A stretch of 64,000 nucleotides of DNA from Zygnema circumcarinatum SAG 698-1b (Eukaryota; Plantae; Zygnematophyceae). Numbering within the stretch: the first letter of the stretch is position 1; each line of letters begins with the position of its first letter. The position numbers were made by a program, and so were the translations under genes. The notes under the pieces are model-generated. The model was not told the DNA's origin. It worked only from the letters and a program-made list of their open reading frames with translations, and made no database searches. The stretch covers positions 62,001 to 126,000 of the forward strand of contig CM074813.1 in the NCBI GenBank assembly GCA_037447605.1, read 5' to 3'. This document shows, piece by piece, positions 51,636 through 62,353 of the stretch.

Positions 51636-52910
51636 ATGGCGGCCGTTGGAATGCAGTTTGGGAATGTGGGTGGAGGGATGGAGAACAATATGGACCTGCT
51701 CGAGTTGATGGGGAAGCTTGTGGCGGCTGGCGCCTCTCCAAAGCCCGCCCCTCCGGCTCCCAGTCCGAACCCCGCCGAGCTCCTGCAGTCGATGTCTAAC
51801 TCTCTGTCGAGGCAGAGGGACCTCCTCATGCTGAACTCCCTGAAGGAGGAGCTCATGATGCGCTCCCCGAACCTCACTTTGGAGCAGCTGTGCTACTACG
51901 ACCGCCTGAACAACCTCCAACAGGCGCTCCTTTCCAACCCCCTCCCAGCGGCCCCTTCCGCCGTCGACTACGTACAGCAGCTGGCTAACCGGAAGCGATC
52001 TGCTGCAGCTATGGCTTTTGAGCAGCCCTTCGGCGGGGAAGATCTGATGTTCCCGATGTCAGTGAAGCATCCTAAGGTCGAGCCGCTGGACATTGTGGGT
52101 GCCGGGGGAGGGTTCCGGAGAGTTGTGGACGACATGGGCGGCATGAACGTCTTCCAGCCGCAGCAGCAGCAGCAGGCCGTTCAGCAGCCGCGCTACAAGG
52201 GTGTGCGGCAGCGCAAGTGGGGCAAGTGGGTGTCGGAAATCCGCGAGCCGAAGAAGCGGTCGCGCATTTGGCTCGGCTCGTACGACTCCGCGGAGGACGC
52301 TGCTAGAGTGTATGACGTGGCTGCCAGGATGCTTCGCGGGAAGAAGGCCACTCTCAACTTCCCCAACAGCTTTCGTGAGGTGCCTCTCCCTCCTGCGACT
52401 GCGGAGACCTTGATCAAAGCCAGCAAGGCTGCAGCAGCAGCCCTCGACCTTCATCCTTCTGAAAGGTTCTCTCCGCTCTCTCCTGAAGTGGCGGACGATG
52501 AAGAAAATGAAGAGGCTGAAGACTTCAAGGCACTCGATGGGAGTGACGGTGAAGGAGACGTGAAGAAGGACGATGATTCTGCGACGTCGTATTCCTCTTC
52601 TGAGCGCATTGAGCCTGTGACCTCTCCGACGGGCCCTCTGTCCAACATTCCCATGCGCGGCTCCCATTCGCCGTCTTATACCTCTGAGAGAAAGCCGCAA
52701 GGCCCCGTATACAGCTTGGACCAGGTGTTGGGAGTGGAGTCTTTCGGAAAAACTACCGCTTTGAACCAGGGACTGATTCGCAGCAGTCACGTGCAGGCCA
52801 TACTTTCTGCTGCTGAAGCGCAAGCTGCAGCGTGGAAGGAGGCTGCACAGGCGGCACAGGAAAATGTGCCCATGTGGGCGTTCGGAGATTACGCGCACCA
52901 CTTCGAGTGA
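51636..52910 (+). CDS. Intronless DREB-subfamily AP2/ERF transcription factor (424 aa)
   Basis: AP2 domain [58 protein letters not shown] with V14/E19 (DREB type). Post-domain [19 protein letters not shown], acidic region, C-terminal MWAF (LWSF-like) motif, and a basic NLS-like RKRS. Confidence 0.95.
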   Translation: MAAVGMQFGNVGGGMENNMDLLELMGKLVAAGASPKPAPPAPSPNPAELLQSMSNSLSRQRDLLMLNSLKEELMMRSPNLTLEQLCYYDRLNNLQQALLSNPLPAAPSAVDYVQQLANRKRSAAAMAFEQPFGGEDLMFPMSVKHPKVEPLDIVGAGGGFRRVVDDMGGMNVFQPQQQQQAVQQPRYKGVRQRKWGKWVSEIREPKKRSRIWLGSYDSAEDAARVYDVAARMLRGKKATLNFPNSFREVPLPPATAETLIKASKAAAAALDLHPSERFSPLSPEVADDEENEEAEDFKALDGSDGEGDVKKDDDSATSYSSSERIEPVTSPTGPLSNIPMRGSHSPSYTSERKPQGPVYSLDQVLGVESFGKTTALNQGLIRSSHVQAILSAAEAQAAAWKEAAQAAQENVPMWAFGDYAHHFE

Positions 52911-54627
52911 TGATGGTGGAGACATTGACGGATGACGAGCGACAATGTTTTGTCAATGTTTGGTGGCTGTGATGCTGGTTACTTGATTGCAGTGCTTGTC
53001 TGGTGAACTGCAGGAGCAGCTTCTCCTGCCTTGTACCAGAATGGCACTGTCTTCCAGTACCCAGCTGCAGGAGCCATCTTTTCTGCAACTGCCTCTGGCA
53101 GCATGCCATTATGTCGAGTCGGCCTTGAGTCGAGAGACTGAAGAGTAATGTGGTCGAATAGGTGGAAGTCGTGAAATTGTAAAGGAGAATGGAGGGAAGA
53201 GAGTCTGTCGCTTGCCCTTGCATTGCAGTATATACCTGCTTTTCGTGAGCCATGTACATTAGAACAGTGTCTAGCCAGCCATCATGTCTGTCCTAGAATC
53301 GCGATCAATCAGACCAGAAAGAAGTTGGCGCCGTAGAGGGGGCCTGCTTGGCCGTGATTCAGGCTACATGATTTCTTGTATAGGCACTACAGTAGGAGGG
53401 AGCGGAGAAGTAGAGGGAGGGCCGCTCTCCATGGCTCGGCAGGTAACTTAATGGGGTGGGTGGGTTTACTCTTTGTTATCTTTTGCCTGTTGTCGTCGAA
53501 GTTGGAAGAATGCGCGCTTGGAGGTGCAGGGCCTGGCATCATGTGGTCGATTCGGACCGGATCATCCTTCAAGGATTCTGGACGCTCTCTGGGCGTGCAT
53601 GCTTGGAATTGATCCCGATCACATGATTTCAGGCCAGAGTATTCTCTGCCTTTGCTGGAGGTTAGGAGCCCTTAGAGGGCTGTTCAGAGGGGCGCTGTCC
53701 CTGGACGTTATCTTGGCGCAATAATTTATCTTTTCTCTGAAACGCTGTTCTGCTCCCGGCTGTGATGGCCATGTGACTTTGTGTGATGCGTACTTGTAAG
53801 TCGATTTTTGACTGAATGCAATGTGGCTTGTTGGCTGCACTCGTGAATTTGGAGTTTTGTGCATGTTAAGCCGGTGGTGCTGGTGACTTTCTGCGTAGTA
53901 CGTTTCTTGCGAGCGTATGGCACATCTTGAATCAAAATCAAAGTACTCTTTCTACATGAACATGTGTGGCTCATGTTACGATCGAAGTCAAAGCCTGCTG
54001 ACTTGCTTGCTCTGACGATGGGACTGTACCTGGCGAGGGAGCACCCCTCCAAAGTCGTGTGAAGATTAAAGAAGTGCCCGCGAGCAGGGCACTAAAGTCC
54101 CTCCGCCTCGCCCCCGCCCGCCAGCGGACGGGGACGGAGCCGCTCCGTGCCACCGCGGCCGTTTAACGGAACGGGACAGAGTACACAGAGCGCCTCACCG
54201 GTCAACGACGACTGCCGCCCGCCAGCGCATTTACTGCGCCACGCGACGCGACAAACCGTCGGGCGAGGCCGGAGCGAACAAAAGAGGGCGGCAACCGCCG
54301 ACCGCCGCCGCCCTCTCCCGCTCCCTCTTCTCCCTCTCCCTCCCTCACTCCCTCCCACTCCCTCTCCCTCCCTCGCCCTCTCTCTCCCTCCCTCTCTCCC
54401 TTCCTTCTCTCTCCCTCCCTCTCCCTCTCTCTCCGACGGACGGACGAACAGCTATGATGAAGGCGCCACGGGCCCAATTTCATGCTGAGGAATGTCAACA
54501 TGAGTTACATGATGAGAGTGGAAAATGCAGAGGGCCAAGCGCGGCATGAAGCATATCTCATGCTTGATCATTCACATTGTTGTCCATGAACACTATCCAA
54601 CGCCAGAAATACGTGTGAATATCCAAA

Positions 54628-54680
54628 ATATATATATATATACAGTAATACATATATATATATATATATATACATATATA
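54628..54680. repeat. (TA)n microsatellite, interrupted
   Basis: Visible TA dinucleotide run with two interruptions. Confidence 0.95.
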
Positions 54681-55999
54681 GTTATATTAAAATATTGGGC
54701 CTGCGGCTATAATCACACAACAAATTCAGAGCGCTAAAACCTGCCTGAACTCCCTATTCTCACTCTGGAATCCAAACAAGTGCATGAACGGGTCACGGAA
54801 TCTGAAAAATCGAAATTCGCACTCGAATATCGCACGTCGAGCAGACGTGGCTGCGGGAGGCTGACAGGCGTGAGACCCGCCCGCGGCCTCGCGCTCCGAG
54901 CGCCGCTGGCCCGCTCCTCGAGCAGGGGACCTCCTCGCCTGCGTGACAGGCGTCACACACAAACCACAGCGAGTGAGCGGCGCAGTTCGCCCCAGCAAGC
55001 AGCCCGCATGCGCTGGGATGGGACTGCTCCTCACGATGGCATCGCCCTTGTTGGCTCTACCTCTTATATTACTTCATCATGAGTGGTGACATCAGCGCTG
55101 GCGTCATCCCACGATGACATCAATGACAGACCATGCTGGAACCTGAAATCAAGGCAAGAGCTCCCCCCTTAATTGCAAAGTCAGTAGCCGACCACTGTCT
55201 TTTTCATTTGCTGTTAAACAATTTCCAATGTACTTACCACCGCAGACTCTTCGCCATCCCAACTTAGTCAGTCAAAGTTTTCCCCTGTTTACGATATGCT
55301 ATTTTCTCTTGTAAATTCAAGCGCTGCAGTTTGGTACGGGATTCAGTTTATTTACTCTATCAATGTTTGTCCAATCTATCCAAACATTCAAAGAAGACGA
55401 ACACATCTGAAGAAAGGAGAACGGGATGGCTTGGCCGAACACCACTTCTACAGCATCTAACACGTAAAATAAATAAAGAAAGTAACGAACAGTTAAACAA
55501 ACTCATCTCTTCAGCCTAAAGTGGAAGTTTTGCAAGTTGGAATCCTCAAAAGGGAAAACGAGAACTTGCTTGAGTCGAGCATAACCGTCACCATCACGTG
55601 CATAAGCACGCGATGGTGAAGGCAGCACACAATGATCACTGTAGGCCTTTGTAAAAATACCATTGACATCGACACGTTGAAGGATACATAGAGTATCATG
55701 GCGTTCTCACTGCAAAGCTTCAGAGAAAAAAAGACGTCAACGCTCTATCTGGTGTGCAAAACATTCAAAGATTGAATCATTTGTAACTTGCGAAAACTCA
55801 AAAAATGTTTTCTATGGTATTCGTCAAGTCGTCATAGAATTGAAAGCCTGTATCGAGCCTGCCCCTTTGGCTCACATTCAGTGTTCCGAAGCCTACAGAG
55901 ATCGCTGACGATATGCAGCATTCATGAAGTAAATTCACAAAAATTACGAACAAAGCCGAGACTATATATAACAATCTTTGCTACTCATCGATGCAGCCT

Positions 56000-56155
56000 T
56001 TCCTGAGGGGGGCTAAGCCCTCTCTGAGGGGGGGCTGAGCTCCCTCTCAGCATAAATTGCACACATAAAATAAAATTAAAATAGAAGAAAGGCTGAATTT
56101 TCAAGATCTGGGGGGGGTTAAGCCCCCCCAACTTGTATATGTAGGTCCGCCACTG
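56000..56155. mobile_element. Partial MITE-like remnant (one terminal repeat only)
   Basis: Ends GTAGGTCCGCCACTG (reverse complement CAGTGGCGGACCTAC). Internal GGGGGG(C/T)TAAGCCCC-like motifs are typical of small hAT-type elements. No matching left end found. Confidence 0.45.
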
Positions 56156-58421
56156 TTGTCAAGGCAGTCAAGTTCCACACGCAAGACATGCAAGATTGCA
56201 TGCCTAATGTTATGATTGTTGCGCAAGGACCAATGCTTGCTTACCTATAGGTGAGCAGGAGCAGGTAGACGGCCTCAACAGTTCAGCGGAGCAGACGCAA
56301 TGCTGCTTCTCTGAATGCCTCCTCTGCACAGGGCCAACTGATCTTGTCCAGGGACGGCCTGCATAATGCTTCATCGATGCAGCTCAAGCAACTGATACTT
56401 GGCATGAAGATTAGGTCATCATTTTTCAAAAAAAAAAAAAAAAAAGGGGGATTATAATTAAGGAGCTAAGCACATGCAGGTCCTGTGATGGACCGCATGG
56501 CCTCTGAAACAAATCGCAGTTCCACAGGCAGAATGCACATGTCTGAGTATGCATGCATGCCTGCGCACTGCGCCGCCGTCTGCCGCCATCCCCTCCCTCC
56601 GCCATGGCCACCTCCTCGCGCTGCAGGTCCCCTCTCCGCCGCGGCAGACGCTCCGCGAACTTTTGGTTCGAAAGTTCGCGCGCTTCGACGAACTGCGCGG
56701 GAACTGGCGCCGCCACGGCGCCCTGCCGCGTGCTGCAGACACTTAGCAGCGTTCTGTGAGCGAGCGGGGAAGCCTTCTGCCGGCCTCCGGTCAAGCTCCG
56801 CCACTGCAGCCATAGCCGCGTGCTCGGCCGTGTCAATGTCTTTTCGTTCATAAAAAAATCTCCTTTTTTTTTCCTTTTTCTAAGTGATCTCGACCTACCC
56901 GGGGTCGAGATTTATTAAGGCAAGGCCTTCAGCAATTTTATGTGAAAAAACATTATCATTCTGTTCAATATCGATTGATCGGAAACTTATTTCACAATCA
57001 CATAAATACGCAGCTTTCTTGCTCGTGTCGTGCCGAGGAAGCTGTTTCTTTTTTAAAGCGATTGATCAGGGCGTGTCGGATTTTTTATTGGAGGATTTGT
57101 GAAAATTTGTTTGGATTTTTTTTTCTTCCATTTCCTTTAGGAAGAGCTCGCAAGCGTTAGCACCTCGAGGAGAGACACAGCGAATGATTTGAATTGGAAA
57201 ACTATTGCGAAGGAGATAAAACGGGAGAGGTTTGAAGGGAGAGAGAGCCATAGCTGCAGGGCCATATTTCAGCTCTTGATTTTTTGCAGACATCTGAAAC
57301 GGAGCGACAAGGCGCAGAGGACGCGTGCAGCTTCATGTCTCCCGCACAGTCACTTCACAAAAATAAAATCCAAAATTCGACTGAACTACACTCTACAGAT
57401 TATGCCCATGGACTCTTCGCATTTCACTATGCAGACGAGCTGAACTAAAAGGAGCGGAAAAGAATGGCTGATCTGACGCCGCGCAGCAGAAACCTTCTAT
57501 TTCCTGTCTACTGATTTCCTGTTGCTTAAGAACCATGCAACTCAGTCTTCATTCGTCAGACTTCAGGATGTGAGTAAATTGATTTGTATAGATAAAGAAA
57601 GCCAAAAATTACAGGAGTTTTGCAAAAGTGGCAAGTGTATGTGGCCAGATTATTCAATGAATTATTGTTGCAGTCATAATTATAATTTGTTTAGATTCTT
57701 GCAGTGCTTAAATTTCCAGTCGGCAATTGCATCTCAGTCGTGTAATAAAAAAATGAAAGTCGATGACAAAGGGCCTCCCTCGCCGCGTTCTTCATGTTCT
57801 GTTTTTTGGATGTGATGCTTTCAATGTTATCGAAGGAGAAGGTACCAACAATGCGTATTCCAGAAGTAGCCAGCGGCCTTATTTCACAATGTTTGAAATT
57901 AGTGAATCAAGTAGTGTTCATTTCAACCAGAAACGGCCTCCCACACTACTTTCTCCGTGCGCTTTTCAATGGCATTGACGGCAGTTCTGGCAACGAAAAG
58001 GTCCATGTTCCGAAGATTGCCAGCTGTCTTAGCTCACGATGTTTGAAATCGCAAACAAAATTATCATCAACGCAAAGTAGTGCCACAGAGTGGTGCTTCG
58101 AAGCGGCAAATCGGAGGCCCTCCGCAGAACAAGCAGAAAGCATCACGGAATCGGTCAGAGGAGCATTGAAGGAAGTCCATTTTAGAAATCAGGATGCCCC
58201 AAAAAAGCATCAGAATATACATCGAGCATTGACGCGAATGAACAGTAGGCATAATCCCCGACTTTCACTCATTTTATTCTCGGGTCAAAATTTTGACCAT
58301 CCTCCCCACAAGATAAACAGCAGAGCCCAACCACGCCTTTTCTTGCCCAACAAAGCTTTTTCTTGCGTGCTTTTACATTAGGACAAAAGAACTGTCACCA
58401 GAGCTAGCATAAAAATAAAAA

Positions 58422-60647
58422 TCAGCGTTCCTTCCTCGGATTTTTAGACTGGTCATAAAAAAGCCCAATTCTTGGAGTGTTCCCATGGAGCCAAAATCGC
58501 AGCAGTGCCGTGTACACCTTGTGGCGAGCTCCGAGTGTCGGCAGCCCCATCTCCCTCAAATCCTCCCTTGTCAAGAAAGGGAGTACTTGCCAATCCACTT
58601 CATGTTTTTCAAAAATTGGAACCACACTCTCCAATCCTAAATCCTCCAACCAGCGACCCACCTTGCTCAATTTGTACATTTTGGAGCATTTAATTTCCGG
58701 GTTCTCTGCCCCCAATTTACCGTCATGAAAATCCCTCGCCTGGTCATTAATAACAGGATCCTCCAGACACGTGACAACAGCCATGGCCATGGCAAACGAC
58801 GCATCCCTCTCTTCCACGTCCGCCCGAAAGCTTATCTGTTCCTTCTCCTCTGGCCAGACAGACGGAGAGACCCATTCGATTCCCAACCTGCCCAAGGGAA
58901 AATCTACCTCCTTTCCTTCGACGGACCTTTCTGCCATCAACTGTTCACTTCCGGCTTGTGAGAGTCTGACGTTGTTCACTGCTAGCGAATAATCCTCTCC
59001 ACCCACAGAAGTGGTTCCTCTAGCATTTGCTGAAGCCATCGACGCTGGGGGAGCAGCTAATGCCAATATCATACCACACGAGGGAGCCATGCCTGCACAA
59101 GACGACGTTCGACCATGTCCATTTCTTGAATGTAGCTCCGCGACAGCCTGCTGTTGACTAACTGTCATTGATACTTCATGGCCAGAGACCCTCTCCTCCG
59201 TGGCATCCTTCATGCCCTGGTAGTGATAGCTAGATCTAGATATAGCATTATCATAATTTTCTTTTTGATAATCCTTAATTTTAAGCTGACCATGTGCCAG
59301 CTGACGCGCACAATCCTTCCTTTCGTCAGCTCTTGGGTCTCCAATGCACACAGCTCCAATAGAATGCGGGTGAAGCACATCAGACAAAGGCCTTCTCTCC
59401 GTTTCAGAATGACAGAAAAGCCTCGGTCCCATAGCCAGCTCAAACAGCGCCTGGACACCCGGCTCTAAATCAGACATGTCCAAGTCTCCGCCAGCAATTG
59501 CCTCCGCTCTTATATCTGGACCATCGCCTGTTGACCCTTTTCTCTCATTATATCTTTCTCCGTCTCCTTTCTTTCCTTTCTCTCCTTTCTCTTGCCTCTC
59601 TCCGGATGTTGCCTCCTCTTCAATAGGTTCACATCCAATGTCCATAGCTGCCCAAGCTTTCGCTGCGAAAGTTCCATAGGAGTCAGATGCGGCACAGCTC
59701 GTCGGCGATATCCGCTGCGTTTCATCCAAAGTCGACAATTGCTCGTCCATCATTCCCACATTTTCCATAGCTGCATTCCGCAAGTCACACTTTCCTTTCT
59801 TCGATTTTCTTGAAACTTTGAAATCGTTACGCTGCTTGATGACGCCCATATTTCCGTTTCCTCTCGCCTTCTTTAATTTGAACCCGTCTGGGCTCCTCAT
59901 CAATCGCAGCTTCAAACCGCCTGCCAGTTCACTTTCACCACTAGCAGAATTTACTTTCAAGTTGTCCTCTACTCGTTGACCTAAAAGATTATGAAGCACA
60001 TCTTGATGTTCCTTCAATTCTCTTTTCAAACACTTAAGGCCCTGAGGTTTTTTGCACTTCCCTGCGCTGGTCTTCTTCAGTTTCTTCACAGCTTTCGCTT
60101 CACCACACGCAGGTTCTTTCCCGTCTCCTCTATCTCCTTTTCCTTCAGCTTTCCGTACTCCACTCGCATTTCCTTCTCCTTCCACCACATCGCATACATC
60201 CATTTTACTGACATGCTTACTTTTTCCGAAGCTTCTCGCTCTGGCATTCCCCTTCAATCGCTTCAAATCTCCTCCCTGAAAGCCTCCACCTCCTACTATC
60301 TCTCCGTTTTCCATCCCTTTACCATCATTCCGGCCTTTTCCTTCGCCCTCGTGCAGTTTATTTTCCTCCTCATTTCCCGCCATTTTCTTCCTCTTCATCA
60401 CTCTCTCATATGTTCGCAGTTCGATCTTGGCTTCCTTCTCTCCTTCCCTCTCCTTGTCGCACAGGCCTCTCTCCGCCAGTTTCTCTCTCTGTAGAGTCTT
60501 AAAAGCTATGAGAGTCGGCGGGAGCGAGGAAGGAGGGCGGGCTCGCCCAAGCACGCCGGCCAAGGAAGCTTCCTTCCCTCGTCCCCTGTGCTCTTCCTCC
60601 ACGTCAGCCCTAGGGCGCTTTCTCATCTTCATGCTGCTCGCAGGCAT
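58422..60647 (-). CDS. 741-aa single-exon protein with a C-terminal SAM domain and long K/E/G-rich, probably disordered N-terminus
   Basis: Uninterrupted 2.2-kb ORF. C-terminal KVGRWLEDLGLESVVPIFEKHEVDWQVLPFLTREDLREMGLPTLGARHKVYTAL fits the SAM consensus (W L..LGL..Y...F....ID...L..LT.EDL..MGI..LG.R.KI..AL). Confidence 0.85.
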   Translation of the reverse strand: MPASSMKMRKRPRADVEEEHRGRGKEASLAGVLGRARPPSSLPPTLIAFKTLQREKLAERGLCDKEREGEKEAKIELRTYERVMKRKKMAGNEEENKLHEGEGKGRNDGKGMENGEIVGGGGFQGGDLKRLKGNARARSFGKSKHVSKMDVCDVVEGEGNASGVRKAEGKGDRGDGKEPACGEAKAVKKLKKTSAGKCKKPQGLKCLKRELKEHQDVLHNLLGQRVEDNLKVNSASGESELAGGLKLRLMRSPDGFKLKKARGNGNMGVIKQRNDFKVSRKSKKGKCDLRNAAMENVGMMDEQLSTLDETQRISPTSCAASDSYGTFAAKAWAAMDIGCEPIEEEATSGERQEKGEKGKKGDGERYNERKGSTGDGPDIRAEAIAGGDLDMSDLEPGVQALFELAMGPRLFCHSETERRPLSDVLHPHSIGAVCIGDPRADERKDCARQLAHGQLKIKDYQKENYDNAISRSSYHYQGMKDATEERVSGHEVSMTVSQQQAVAELHSRNGHGRTSSCAGMAPSCGMILALAAPPASMASANARGTTSVGGEDYSLAVNNVRLSQAGSEQLMAERSVEGKEVDFPLGRLGIEWVSPSVWPEEKEQISFRADVEERDASFAMAMAVVTCLEDPVINDQARDFHDGKLGAENPEIKCSKMYKLSKVGRWLEDLGLESVVPIFEKHEVDWQVLPFLTREDLREMGLPTLGARHKVYTALLRFWLHGNTPRIGLFYDQSKNPRKER

Positions 60648-61155
60648 GGGGAGACTCCCTGGGATCTGGCAACCGCGACAAATTGACGGCTGAAAGGCTG
60701 AATATCTGAATGAATGCAGGCTGTGCAGGAGAGCGCAGAGGAGAGATGGATCTCAATTTTATAAGCGGACGGGAAGCCAGAGGTCCCTGTATCGACGGAG
60801 AGAGGGGTCCGCGTAGCGATGGCTGCCCCGGTCCCTCACTCCCTCCCCGCCAGCTGCTCGCGGGCACAGGGCCGCGGCGGGCGACGGCCCGGCCGGTGCC
60901 GTCACTGCGCTGCGCTCGGGGGGGGGGGCGCCTCCGGCCTCCCGCCACGCGTCACGTCACGCGCTGGCTCCCTCTGGCGGCCCTCTCCTCGTGGTTCCCT
61001 TACCTATCGCGCGCTCCTCGAGGGAGGGAGGGAGGGAGGGAGAGAGGCAGGCCGTCCCGCGCCTCGCACGAGCCCGCGGGCAGCGGTTCGTCCGGACGGA
61101 CGGACGGGCGCGGGAGGCGGTGGGACGCCGCCTGCCGGGGCGCGCCGCACGCCGC

Positions 61156-61243
61156 GCATGCATGCATGCACGCATGGCATGTCATGGCATGGCATGGCGT
61201 GGCATGGCATGGCATGGCGTGGCATGGCATGGCATGGCATGGC
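61156..61243. repeat. (GCATG)n pentanucleotide repeat preceded by CATGCATG (RY-like)
   Basis: gcatgcatgcatgcacgcatggcatgtcatggcatggcatggcgtggcatgg... is directly visible. Confidence 0.95.
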
Positions 61244-61465
61244 CCCATTCACCGGGCGAGCGGCATTGTCATGGCCATGGTCATGGTCATGGCATGTCGA
61301 GCCGCGCGAATCTGTACTGTCCACATCCATTCAACCATCCATCCACGGCGCCCGACCCGCGCCGCCGTACCGTATGTGTGGCACGTGGGCGGCGGCAATC
61401 CACCGATCGGCAGGACCCGACTGCCAACTGCCGCCTGCCACCTGGCAATTCGCGACCGCGTTCAA

Positions 61466-61576
61466 TAGTGGATCCTGGGGGAGCGCCATGACGTGGCGTA
61501 GTGGGGCCTGGAGGAGCGCCATGACGTGGCATAGTGGATCCTGGGGGAGCTGACGTGGCGTATCCCGGGATCCTGG
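61466..61576. repeat. 33-bp tandem repeat x3, each copy carrying TGACGTGGC (ABRE/G-box-like)
   Basis: Units 61466-61498, 61499-61531 and 61532-61560 (shortened). ACGTGGC at 61491, 61524 and 61553. Confidence 0.9.
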
Positions 61577-62353
61577 CGGCCCCGCGCAACGGCTAGTCGC
61601 GCACGCAGCCGCGCGGATTGTGCTGCGAACGGCGCGGAAAACGGCGCGCGAGGGAGAATTCCGCGCGGGCGTGGTTTCTCTTCTGCCAAAACTGCGCGGT
61701 TGCGGGTCCGAACCGCGCTGAGGGAAGGATTTGAAATTTTTTGGTGGCCCTCCCCCGAGAGCGCCCGCGCGGAGCCGGAGCGAGCGCTGCAGAGGGGGAG
61801 GGAGAGAGGAAAAGAAAGAGAAGAGGGAGAGGGAGGTGGAGGGGGAAGCGGAGAGGGGGGCAGGGAAAGGAACAGGGGAGGCAGATTTGCGCCATAAATT
61901 TTCAAGGAAACTGCGGCACTGAAAGGCCACCTTCTATAGGGTGCTGCTCATCGTATCTGTTCAGCAACATGGAGAGAGCAGCATGCGAAAAGGAGAACAT
62001 ACGCTTCTTACAAGAACAATTCGTTCCGTAACACCAATGTAAATTTCATAGGCTCCTTTCAGAAACGAAAAAACTATTCAAGGAGCAGAAACAAGAGATT
62101 AGCTGAAGTAACAGGCAACGAGGCTAGATGAAAAGGTAGCAGGGACAGATACATTTATATTGACGACTACTTTCTACTTGCTGCAGTCGTTGAGAGAGAC
62201 TGTGAAGAACAAGGAGCTGCACGACGCATGAGGGCTTCATAATAAGGCAGCAGGTGGCATCTCTTGTTTCTTACGAACGAACTCCTTCCTAGCATATTAG
62301 CTTCAACGCAGCTTTTGAGAATACGATATTGGGGTCTGCTCGCTGCTTACATT

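Noticed and set aside
52059-52925. 288-aa minus-strand ORF
   Set aside because: Antisense shadow of the GC-biased DREB coding sequence.
54453-54510. ATGATGA...CTGA as a box C/D snoRNA
   Set aside because: No terminal D box at the proper spacing, no terminal stem, and no evident rRNA-complementary guide.
57794-58381. 195-aa plus-strand ORF downstream of the SAM gene
   Set aside because: No domain signal, and it lies antisense in the probable 3' UTR. The minus strand here also lacks a metallo-beta-lactamase continuation.
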